Positions 22,516 to 33,000 of a stretch of 44,887 bases of DNA are shown here, piece after piece. The translations under genes and the position numbers were made by a program. The stretch comes from Candidatus Eiseniibacteriota bacterium. GTDB taxonomy: Bacteria; Eisenbacteria; RBG-16-71-46. The stretch covers positions 1 through 44,887 of the forward strand of contig JANMQY010000059.1 in NCBI GenBank assembly GCA_031370785.1, in the 5' to 3' direction. Each line of letters opens with the position of its first letter. Within the stretch, counting starts at the first letter, position 1. A model generated the notes under the pieces. It saw only the letters and a list, made by a program, of their open reading frames with translations. It did no database searches and was not told the DNA's origin.

Positions 22516-24641
22516 AGCGCGAGCTGCTGTTCGAGATCGGAGTCGAGGAGCTACCGTCCCAGTACGTGACCCCCGCGCTCGAACAGCTCGAGAAAAGCGC
22601 GCGGGCCGGGCTGGATGACCTGCGGCTCTCGTACGGCGAGGTCGCGACCCTGGGCACTCCGCGCCGGCTTGCGCTGCGCGTGAGCGCTCTCGCCGATCGC
22701 CAGACCGACTTCGAGGAAGAGGCGATGGGCCCCGCGACCCGCGTGGCGTTCGATGCGGACGGCAAGCCCACCCGCGCGCTGATCGGATTCTGCCAGGGGA
22801 AGGGCGCGGACCCCTCGGCGGTGCGGAAGGTCCAGACTGCGAAAGGCGAATACGTCGCGGTCACGGTCAAGCACGTCGGCAAGCCAGCGGGCGAGGTGCT
22901 GCCGGCGCTGCTCGCGACTCTCGCGACCCGGCTCAACTTCCCCAAGACCATGCGCTGGCTCGACGACGACACCCGCTTCGCGCGCCCGGTGCGCTGGCTG
23001 ACCGCGCTGCTCGACGATCAGGTGCTGAAGGTCGCCGCGTTCGGGCTGGTCGCGGACCGCGCGACCTTCGGGCATCGCTTCCTTTCGCCAGCCGCGGTCC
23101 CGCTCAAGCACGCGAAGGACTACGCCGGCTCACTCGAGAAGGCGAAGGTGGTGGCCGACCATCGCCTGCGCGCGGCCAGGCTGACCGAGCAGGTGCACGC
23201 GCTCGCCGCCAAAGCCGGAGGCACGCTGGTCGCCGACGAGGAGCTGGTGGAGATCAACAACTTCCTCACCGAATGGCCGACCGCGTTCTCGGGATCGTTC
23301 GATCCGAGCTACCTCGATCTTCCGCGCGAGGTGATCGTGACCGCGCTGCGCGAGCACCAGCGCTTCTTCGCGGTCGAGGATGCCAGGGGCCTGCGCCCGG
23401 CCTTCATCGCCGCCCGAAATGGCGATGCGCGCGGTCTCGATCTGGTGCGTAAGGGCAATCAGGACGTGCTGGTCGCGCGCCTCGAGGATGCGCGCTTCTA
23501 CTGGGCGACCGACCTCAAGAAGACTCCGGCCGACATGGTCGATGCGCTCGCGGGCGTGGTGTGGATGGAAGGGCTCGGCACGCTGCGCGACAGGGCGGCC
23601 AGGCTCGAAGCGCTGGCGGCGTGGCTCGCGGAGCGGCTTGCACCCGCGGCAACCGATGCGGCACGGCGCGCCGCGCTGCTGTGCAAGACCGATCTGCTCT
23701 CCGAGATGATCGGGAGCGGGAAGGAATACGCGAGCCTGGAGGGTGTGATGGGCGGGCACTACGCGAGGCGTGCCGGCGAGAGCGAGGCGGTCGCCGCCGC
23801 GATCGCGGAACACTATCGTCCGCGCGGGCCGGCCGACGCGCTGCCCTCGACCGATGCGGGCGCGGTGCTCGCGATCGCGGACCGGCTCGATCACGTCGCG
23901 GGCGCATTCGTGGCCGGCAAAGTGCCGAGCGGAAGCGAAGACCCGTACGGGGTGCGCCGGGCCGGGAACGGCGTGGTGCGGATCGCGATCGAGCAGAAGC
24001 GCCGCCTCGACCTGCGCGACGCCGCGATGGAGAGCACCCGGCCGTTCTATGCCGCCGATCCGGACCTGCCGCAGGCCGAGATCATGAAGAAGCTCGGCGA
24101 GTTCTGGCGCGGGCGCGTCGAACAGGCGCTGGACGAGCGTGGCGTGCCGTACGACGGCCGTGACGCCGCGATCGAAGCGCGCGCATCCGTCGCGGGCAAG
24201 GCGCGTCCGGGCTGGATCGATCCGTGGGACTGCCTCGAGCGCGCGCGGGCGCTGGAAGCATTCCGGCGCGACGAGCGTTTCCAGCCGCTCGCAATCCTGT
24301 TCAAGCGCGTCTCCAACATTCTCGCGAAGAATACCGAGCCACTGCCGCCGTCACTCGATCGCACGCGCCTTACCGAGCAGGTCGAGCGTGAGCTGGCCGA
24401 GGCGCTCGATCGCGCGCGCGCCGCGACCGAGCCGCTGTGGGAGAAGCGCGAGTACGCGAAGATCCTGCCCGCGCTGCTCGAGATGAAGCACGCCATCCAT
24501 GCGTTCTTCGACGGGGTGATGGTGAATGCCGAAGACGCCACGGTACGTTTGAACCGGCTGCGGCTGTTGAGCGAGGTGCGCGAGCTGTTCCTGAGGGGCT
24601 GGGATCTTTCCAGGGTCGTGGTCGAAGGCGAGAAGACGTGA
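22512..24641 (+). CDS. glyS: Glycine-tRNA ligase beta subunit
   Basis: '[11 protein letters not shown]', 'TPRRLAL', 'FARPVRW', '[12 protein letters not shown]', 'FFDGVMV'; GTGA overlap with glyQ. Confidence 0.95.
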   Translation: MKRELLFEIGVEELPSQYVTPALEQLEKSARAGLDDLRLSYGEVATLGTPRRLALRVSALADRQTDFEEEAMGPATRVAFDADGKPTRALIGFCQGKGADPSAVRKVQTAKGEYVAVTVKHVGKPAGEVLPALLATLATRLNFPKTMRWLDDDTRFARPVRWLTALLDDQVLKVAAFGLVADRATFGHRFLSPAAVPLKHAKDYAGSLEKAKVVADHRLRAARLTEQVHALAAKAGGTLVADEELVEINNFLTEWPTAFSGSFDPSYLDLPREVIVTALREHQRFFAVEDARGLRPAFIAARNGDARGLDLVRKGNQDVLVARLEDARFYWATDLKKTPADMVDALAGVVWMEGLGTLRDRAARLEALAAWLAERLAPAATDAARRAALLCKTDLLSEMIGSGKEYASLEGVMGGHYARRAGESEAVAAAIAEHYRPRGPADALPSTDAGAVLAIADRLDHVAGAFVAGKVPSGSEDPYGVRRAGNGVVRIAIEQKRRLDLRDAAMESTRPFYAADPDLPQAEIMKKLGEFWRGRVEQALDERGVPYDGRDAAIEARASVAGKARPGWIDPWDCLERARALEAFRRDERFQPLAILFKRVSNILAKNTEPLPPSLDRTRLTEQVERELAEALDRARAATEPLWEKREYAKILPALLEMKHAIHAFFDGVMVNAEDATVRLNRLRLLSEVRELFLRGWDLSRVVVEGEKT

Positions 24642-24665
24642 TCTCGCCGGCGCGGCAGGGATGAC

Positions 24666-25259
24666 ATGAATCGCACGCATTCGACGCGCGCTCTTGCGCT
24701 CGCGCTCGCCGCGCTCGCGCTCGGCACCGTCGCCGCCGGCGCTCAGCAGCTCCTGCTTCCTGCGAAGGAGCACGGATTCCCGCAGATCCAGTTCGCGGAC
24801 TCGCTGATCAGCCCCAACAATCGCTGCCCGGTCATGGGCCATCGCCTGAGTATCCAGGTGCGCCCGGTGTACGTGAACGGGGTGCCGATCGGATTCTGTT
24901 GAGCGGGATGTCCGCGGGCCTTCGGCGGAGGCCCCGAGCGCTACTTGAAGCCTCTGCACATCGAGGTGCTCGACTTCCTCCGTCCCTCGCGCCCCGCGGT
25001 GCTCGACTCGACGCGCCGGACCTGGGTCGGACTCGACGCGTTCTTCTTCGCCGACCGCGCCTCGCTGGAGAAGTTCCGGCGCGCGCCGCTGCGCTACGTG
25101 AAGAAGCTCTCCGACCCGATAACGCTCGAGCGCTTCCATCCCACGCCGCAGTCACCGCGCGTGACATTCAAGGGCCGCCCCTACTACTTCGTCTCGCAGG
25201 ATACGTGGAAGAAGTTTCAGGCCTACCCCGACAGCTTTTCCCAGCGCCACGGGATGTGA
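24666..25259 (+). CDS. Putative exported selenoprotein, 197 aa, three YHS/TRASH-like repeats, C-U-x-x-C motif (TGA 24900-24902 read as Sec79)
   Basis: ORFs 24666-24902 and 24945-25259 are in the same frame and separated only by TGA in 'NNRCPVM...IGFC*AGCPRAF...PERYL'; signal peptide; hairpin downstream of the TGA. Confidence 0.75.
24903..24935 (+). promoter_or_regulatory. Candidate bacterial SECIS element
   Basis: Stem GGGCCTTC (24916-24923)/GGAGGCCC (24927-24934) with a G-initiated loop GGC, 21 nt after the UGA. Confidence 0.55.
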
Positions 25260-25263
25260 CGGG

Positions 25264-26961
25264 CTACTGCGAGAGGCCGAGAGCGCGCACGCGCTCCGTC
25301 ATCTCCTCGCGCTCGGCCGGGTCCACCTCGCCCCCGGAATAGGTGTCCCACTCCGCGCGCGCTTCACCCATGCGCCCCAGTCGCGCGAGAGCTTCCGCCC
25401 TCAGCCCGCGCAGCATCGCCAGCGTCGGCTGTTCGGCCAGCGCGGAATCGAGGTAGCTCAGCGCACGATCCGGATGGCGGCTCTCCAGCTCGACGAGGCC
25501 CATCGTGCGCAGCAGGCGCGGCTCGTTGGGGAAGTGGGTCAGCCCGCGCTGCGCCGCGACCCGCGCCTGGTCGGTGCGGCGCGCCTTCACCAGCGCGGTG
25601 GCCAGCGCGATGTAGGGATCCGGGAACGAGGTCGAGTCGATGCCGATGCTGGTCTCGAGATGTGAGATCGCGCTCGGGTAGGCGCCCGCATGCAGGTTGC
25701 TGGCGCCGAGGTTGTATTCGGCGCTGGCGACCAGCGCGGGATCCTTCGGCCGTCCGGTGAGCACGAGCTGCAAGAGCGAATCCGCCGAGTCGTCGCGGTG
25801 CAGCTCGCGGTAGGCGGTCGCGAGGTTGACCATCGCCTCGCGGTACTGCGGATCGGCACGCAGCGCGAGCTGCAGCGTGTCGGCAGCACCGGTCCAGTCG
25901 TTGCGCCGGAGAGCGGCATGGCCGAGGTTGTTGAAGCGCAGCGCCTCCTCGTGATTGCGCTTCACGGTTCCCGGGCGCAGCACGATGAACCACAGCGTCA
26001 CCGGCACGATCACCGCGGCCGCACCGATCCGGGCCCACATCCAGCGCGGGCGCCGATCGGCCGGCGGCGTGGGAACCGGCAGCATCCGCTCGCCCTCTTC
26101 CGCGCCGCGCGGCAGCGCCTCGACTTCCTCGGTGTCGCTGACCAGCGCGGGTAGCGACGCACCGGTCATGCTCGCCAGCTCGCGCGCAACATCGGCGGCG
26201 GTCATGCGCTGCTCCGGATCCTTCTCGATCAGGCGCGCGACCAGGGCCTCGACCGCGCCCGGCACATCCGGACGCGACTCGCGCAGCGGAAGCGGCGGCT
26301 CGTTGGCGATCGTGAACATGAGCGCCATCGGATTGTCACCCGCGAACGGAAGCCGACCCGCCAGCATCTCGTACAGCACGACGCCAAGCGCGAACACATC
26401 GGTCGGCGGTCCGGCCGAGCCGCGAATCGACTCGGGTGACATGTAGCCGGCGGTGCCGAGCGTGCTTCCGGTGAGCGTGATGCGCGAGGCGAGCGCGGCG
26501 CGAGCGAGGCCAAAGTCCATGACCTTGACCCGGCCCTCATCGCCGAACATCAGGTTCTCGGGCTTGATGTCGCGATGCACGATCCCGCGGCGGTGGGCCG
26601 CGGCGAGCGCGGCAGCCACGTCGCGAGCGATCGCGAGCGCCTCGGCAACGGGGAGAGGGCCGGGCCGCATGCGGTCGCGCAGGCTCTCGCCTTCGACCAG
26701 CTCCATGGCGATGAAGCGCCGTGCGCCGTCGCGCTCGAACGAGTAGAGCGTCGCGATGTGAGGGTGGTTGAGGGCGGCTGCGGAGCGCGCCTCGCGCTCG
26801 AAGCGCTGCAGGTTGTCCGCGTCGGCAGCCAGCTCGGGCGCGATGAACTTGAGCGCCACGCGCCGGTCGAGGTCGAGGTCCACCGCCTCGTACACCTCGC
26901 CCATGCCGCCGCGGCCCAACATGCGGCCGACCTGAAAGTGCGTAACGCGCGTGCCGTCCAT
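25264..26961 (-). CDS. Hanks-type Ser/Thr protein kinase with TM and extracytoplasmic TPRs
   Basis: 'LGRGGMGEVY', 'VALK', 'HRDIKPEN', 'DFGLA', 'GTAGYMSPE'; TM 'IGAAAVIVPVTLWFIVL'; TPR-like helices. Confidence 0.92.
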   Translation of the reverse strand: MDGTRVTHFQVGRMLGRGGMGEVYEAVDLDLDRRVALKFIAPELAADADNLQRFEREARSAAALNHPHIATLYSFERDGARRFIAMELVEGESLRDRMRPGPLPVAEALAIARDVAAALAAAHRRGIVHRDIKPENLMFGDEGRVKVMDFGLARAALASRITLTGSTLGTAGYMSPESIRGSAGPPTDVFALGVVLYEMLAGRLPFAGDNPMALMFTIANEPPLPLRESRPDVPGAVEALVARLIEKDPEQRMTAADVARELASMTGASLPALVSDTEEVEALPRGAEEGERMLPVPTPPADRRPRWMWARIGAAAVIVPVTLWFIVLRPGTVKRNHEEALRFNNLGHAALRRNDWTGAADTLQLALRADPQYREAMVNLATAYRELHRDDSADSLLQLVLTGRPKDPALVASAEYNLGASNLHAGAYPSAISHLETSIGIDSTSFPDPYIALATALVKARRTDQARVAAQRGLTHFPNEPRLLRTMGLVELESRHPDRALSYLDSALAEQPTLAMLRGLRAEALARLGRMGEARAEWDTYSGGEVDPAEREEMTERVRALGLSQ

Positions 26962-27016
26962 CTCGTGCGCCGGACCCTAGCAGCGGCCCCTGACCCTCAC
27001 AAGCACCGGGCAAGCG

Positions 27017-27047
27017 AAAAGGGGAGGCGCGTGTCACGCCTCCCCTT
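27017..27047 (-). terminator. Intrinsic terminator downstream of the giant protein gene
   Basis: Minus strand AAGGGGAGGCG-loop-CGCCTCCCC followed by TTTT, 17 nt after the stop. Confidence 0.75.
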
Positions 27048-27063
27048 CGAGCTCACTCCTGGA

Positions 27064-30000
27064 CTAACGCAGCCAGATCAGGCGCTGCTTGAACTCGCGG
27101 CCCTCGGCGCGGAAGCGGGCGAAGTAGAGCCCGGCAGCGGCGCCGCCGCCGCCATCGGTCTGCCCGTTCCAGCGCACGTCGTACCAGCCCGGCTCGTGCA
27201 CGCCGCTCATCAGCACTCGTGTGCGCCGCCCCTGCAGGTCGAAGAGCTCGAGGTCGATCTTGGTGCGCCGCGGAAGCCCGAAGCGCAGAACTGCGGTGCC
27301 CCTCGCCGGGTTTGGCCGGATGGAGGAGAACTCCAGCGTCACCGGTGGCGGTGTCAGGTCGGTCGTGCCGCGGATGCGGAAGTAGTCGCTGATCGCCAGC
27401 GGCCCGGAGACCTCGCTGCTCTGGGCGCCCAGGGAGTCGGCGCTCGTGGGCAGGGTGCTCTCGACCAGCACCACCGCGACCTTCGCGCTGTCGGTGCTCG
27501 CGTTGGGCACGGTCCACGAGTAGCTGCCGGTGTTGGGCAGATTCTGCGCGTCCAGCGTCCAGTTGTTGCCATGATCGAACGAGTGGAGGATCGCGACCCA
27601 TTGCACGTTCGTCCCGTTCGGTGTGGTCCAGGTCACGTTGAACGTGCTGTGGCTTGCGAGAACCTGTCCAACGTTCGGTGCGGTGACCTTGCCGCGGGAC
27701 ACCTTGATCGTGTCCTGACCGGAGAAGTTCCGCCCCTCGATCAGTCCGGTCACCGTCACCGGCACCGCGTCGCCGGTCCCGACCACCATCTGCACCTCGG
27801 AGCGCACGAAACTGACACTCAGCTCCGAATTCGAGTCGTCGATCGAGTGCGGACCGGTGGTGTCGACGGGCACGACGCCGTTCAGTCGGACGCTGGACAG
27901 CACGATATCGCTCGCGGTGTACGGCGCCGGCGGCCGGATCGTTCCCTTCACCCACTTGCCCATGGACTTGAGATTGAGCGAGTTGGGATTGAAGCCGAAC
28001 GTGACCGGCACGGTGGGAAGCCCGCCCGGGAATCCGAACACCGAAACCGTGCCCGAGCCTTCATTGGCGACGTACACGAGCGTCTTGCCGGTCGGATCGA
28101 TCGCAATGCCTCCCGGCCCCTGACCGGTGGGGAACGTCGCCACCCTGGTGAGGCGAACCGCCGGGCCGGGGAGGACGCTCGATCCGCCGCTCGACGCGTG
28201 GCCGATGCTGAATACGAGCACGGTGTTGTCGGTCTCGTTGGTGATGTAGGCCAGGGTTCCGTCCGGCGTGATCGCAACGTTCTTGCCGCCCGAGCCGGTG
28301 CTCGCCGTGGTCACGACCCGGTACTGGCTCGGTCCGGGCGCAACATCGATCACGATCAGCTCGCCGCTCTCGGTGAGCAGCAGCGCCAGCGTACCGTCGG
28401 GGGTGATCGCGATGTTCTTGCCGCCCGACCCGGTGCTGACCGTGGTCACGACCTGATGCGACATGAGGTCAATGACCAGCAGTCCTGCGCCGACTGCCAC
28501 GTAGGCGCGCGTGCCGTCGGGGGTGATCGCGATGTTCTTGCCGCCCGAGCCGGTCGACACGGTGGTCACGACCTGATCGAACGTCGCGTTGCCGGGATTG
28601 GCGTCGATCTCATCCAGCGTGTTTGAGCCCTGGTTGAGCACGTAGATCTTCGGGCCCACCGGGCCGATCTGGACGTCGACCGGCATCGAGCCTACCGGAA
28701 TGGTCTTGAGCACGGTGTGATAGGTCGCCGAGCTCGGCTTGACGTCCACCACGCTCAGGTTGTTGCTGCCGGTGTTGGCGACATAGGCGCGCGAACCGTC
28801 GGGCAGGATCGCGACCGACTGAGGCAGCGACCCGACCGTGATGTCGGTCAGCTTGGTCGCGGTGTTCACATCGAGCGCGGTCAGCGTGCTGCTGCCGGGG
28901 TTCGTGACGTAGAGGCGGCTGCCGTCCGGCGACGCCGCCACGTCGCGGATCCCCTGACTCGCATTGAGCTCGCCGAGCACTCCGCCCGGGTTCGGATTGG
29001 GCGGCAGCACGGTGAAGGTGAGCGCGTTGCTGGTGGCATTTCCGACACCGACCGTCACCGGCCCGCTCGGTGCGGCGAGCGGAGCGTTCGCCACCAGGCT
29101 GGTCAGCCGGGCGTCGCTAGGCAGCGCCAGAACGCCGCTGAACAGCACCACGTTCTGGGCCGGAGTCGCGCTGAAGCCGGTTCCGTTGAGCACGACCGCC
29201 GTGCCCGCCGGTCCGGCCTGAGGCATCAACGAGTTCAGCGCGACGGGTGGCGGCGCCTGCACGGTGAAGACCGAGACTCCGCCCTGCGCGAGCGACTGCC
29301 CGTCCAGATCGAGCATGCCGGCATCGACCACCAGCGAGCAGCGCGCCGAGAACTGGAGCGCCGTACCCGGCTGGAACAGCACCAGGCGGCCCTGCTCGGA
29401 AAGGCTCGGCGTGCCCGTGACTGGCGCGCCGTTCATGAACAGCCTCAGATGCGACGCTGCGCTCGATGCCTCCATCCTCTGATTGAAGCGCGCGAACACC
29501 GCGGTTCCGGCATTGAGCCCGGCCGCCCCATTCGGAGGACCGAGCCCGACGATCACCGGCTCGATCTGGCTGTCATCGACCGCCAGCGTGGCGTGCGCCG
29601 TGAGCGTCCCACCGGTCACGCCTTCGGCAGTGACGCCCAGGCTCACCGAACTGCCAAACGCGGGCAGCTTCCAGCTCACCACCGCCTCGCCATTGGAATC
29701 GGTCAGATGATAGGTGGAGATCCGGCCGGACACTCCATCGAGCGTGCCGTTCGTCACTCCGTCGGTCACGAAGTGAATCGCGACACCCTGCTGCGGACGC
29801 CCGAAGTCGTCGGTCACGCGCACGTCGATGGGCAGCGGCAGGGTGCTATTGGCCGGCGCGCTCTGATCGCCGCCGCCGACCAGCGAGAGATGAGTCGCGG
29901 GGCTCAGGCTGAAGGCCGACACATTGCCGGGGCCGGTGCTTCCCGGCGTAAAGTTGCGCGCGACCCACAGCCGGCGGCCGTCCGGCGAGCGACCGACCGC

Positions 30001-33000
30001 CGCCGAACGCTGGCCGATGAGCGCGTAGGTCACGATTGGCGTACCCGACCCCACGTCCATGCGCACCATCGAATCCGAGTTGGCGCAGCCGAAGATCACG
30101 CTGTGCCCATCGCTTCCCGCGACCGGTGAACTGGGCGAGAGGGCGACCGGAATCGGAGTACCGAAGAACAACTCGGTTCCGATCACGGACTGGGCCGGGT
30201 CGAGATTCCACACCGCGATGCGACCGGTATCCATGAGCCCGACCGCGCGCTTGCCGTCGGTCGTGATCGCGATGCGCTGGAAATAGTCGGCGACGCCGGC
30301 GGCCACGTGGTTCGGCGAGAACAGGACGATGCTCAACGTGGCGATGTTCACGAAGCTGGCGCGGCCGTTGAGGCCGACGACCAGCGTGCGCCCGTCGGGG
30401 CTGACCGCGAGTCCCCGGGTCGGAGTGGTAAGAGGGATGATGCTGGTCACTCCGGCCGTCCCCGGGTTCAGGAACATCACGCGGCCTGCCGAGAGATCGG
30501 AGGCGAACACGAAGCGACCGAGCGGATCGGCGGCGAACTGAGCCGGCGAGGGAACGGACGGCGGACCGAACGCGCCCACCTGCGAACCGAACGCCAGGCT
30601 CGAGCGGTCGGTGTCGAGGATGCCCGAAGTCAGGTCCTCACCGATGAACCACAGGCGGCGGCCGTCGGGCGTGAATGCCATGTCGCGAATGATCGACATC
30701 GGCAGGCCGGACTGGCCGATGAAATCGCCGAGCACTCCCGGACCGTGATCCGACGCCTCGTAGAAATCGATGATCGAGTTGCAGGGCGAGGCACTCTGCC
30801 GCGCAAGCGCGATCGTGCTGCCGTCGGGCGACACCCGCACCATGTCGAGCCTGCCGTACATGAACCCGGGTCCGCACGAGATTGCGCCCGGCACTCGCGA
30901 GACTGAGGTCGAGTGAGGGGCGAAGGTCGTGATCCGATCCACGATCGAGAACGGCAGCGAGGTCGAGCGCGCACCGCTCGCCTGCTGCACGGTCACGCTG
31001 GTGGTGCGCTGGGTGAGCGGCGGCACCGCGAATGCGCCGCCTCCCGCGATTGCATTGGTGAGCCCGAGGAGTCCGCTGCCGAGATCGACCTGCGAGGTCG
31101 CGGTCAGCACCGTGCTGTTCGGGGACTGGATCGCCACCGCATCGCCGGGGAGAGCGACGTCGGGCACGACGCGCTGCATGATCGGCACCCCGGCAGTGAG
31201 CACGTTGAACAGTGAGATGCTGTGACCGCCGGAATTGGCGACCGCGAGGAGGCTGCCATCATTGTTCGATGCGATGGCGACCGGTCCTGCGCCGGTCGCG
31301 ATCTGCGCGACCGTGGTGTGGTAGGTCGGGCTCGAACGATCGACGTTCACGACCTGGAGCTGATTGAACAGCTGGTTGGCGACGAACGCGGACTGGCCCT
31401 GTGGGCTCACCAGGACGTTGACCGGAGTGCCGCCGAGCACCGCGCCCTCGGTCGGGAACGAATTGCTCGGCGAGGTGAGACGCACCTGGGAAGACACCGG
31501 GAAGATCAGCTGGGTCGCGCTCGGATCGATCGCGATCGCCCCGCCGAGCGACACGCGGAAACCCGAGGACTGCACCGACGTGGTGCTGTCCTTGAGAGTG
31601 AGGGTGATGATCTCCAGCGCATTCGTCAGGTACAGCCGATCTCCGCGAGGATCCATCTCGAGTCCGCCGGTGAGCGGCCCGAGTGGCGGGAACTGGCGGA
31701 TCAGCGAGTTCGCACTGGTGCTCGCGGGATTCACGTCCATCTCGAAGACCACGCCGGTGGCGGTTTCGATCGCGTACGCACGACGGCCTGCCGGATCCAT
31801 CACGATGGCACGCGGCTGCCCGGGAACGAAGATCGTGTCGAGCACGGTGCCGAGTCCCACGCTGGTCGGGCTGGTGTCGACCACGAGGATGTCGCTGCCG
31901 AGCGGCTGGGTGACGAATCCGCGAGTGCCGTCCGGGTTGAGCGCGATGCTCTTGGCGGCCTGGGTGAACCGTTGAACCGCGACCCGAAGGCTGGGAAGCT
32001 GCGGATTCAGATTGATCGTGGCGAGGCCGCCCTCCCCGACCGCGACCGCGCTGAGACCGTCAGGGGCGAGTGCGACGTCGGTCGGCGAGAACGCCAGCGG
32101 GACCGGGATGCCGCTCGGGGACGGCGAGGCCTGCGGCACCGGTGCCAGCACGGTCATCGCGAGCTTGTTGCTGATCTCGCCGCCGGACATGACGTACACG
32201 CTGTCGAGACCGGGCGAGCGCGCGGGTACGACGAACGTCAGGCTGGTCGGCGAGTGTGACACCGTCACGGTGCTGTCGTAGGAGATCGCGGTAGCCGACG
32301 AGCGCCCGACGATCACGGCGGTGTCGCTGGTGAAACGCTCGAAGATGATGAAGTCGCCGCCGCCGGGCTGGAATCCGGCTCCGGTCAGGGTCACGATCGC
32401 GCCCGGACGTACCGATCGCGGACTGATCTGCGTGATCGAGACCGGAGGTCGCACCTGCGTCCTGAAGGTGGCCGTGAACTCGGATGGCAGGTGAACGCCC
32501 GTCGCATCGGTCAGGTCGGTCGTGAACACGATCTCGTACGGGCTGTCGAAATCGAGCGCATTGGTCGGCGTGAACAGGAATGTGCGCCCGGCATTGGAGA
32601 GCAGTCCGCTGCCGGCGAGTCGCGGAACGGTGCCCTGCGCGCGCAGCTTGAACGCGCTCTGCAGCGACGGGATGTCCACCGGCTCGCTGAACGTCACCAG
32701 CACCGAGGCGTCGATCGCCGAGCCGCTGGAGGCATTCGCGGGTGAGGTCGCGACGATGACGGGCGGGATGGTGTCGAGGTTGGTGATCACGTTGATCCCG
32801 GTCAGCGCCGTGCCCGCGCCGAGCGTCAGAGTCTGCCTGAGCGCGGGATCGTCGTGCGCGCTCTCGATCGCGCTGTACCACTCGGGATCGAAGTTGCTCT
32901 GGGCGATCGCGGCGAGGTGGCCGCTGATGAACTCCGGAGAAAGCCCGTTCAGGATCAGGCCGTCGAGCGGCGTGACGTAGACGGCGTAGTTGCCGGCGGG

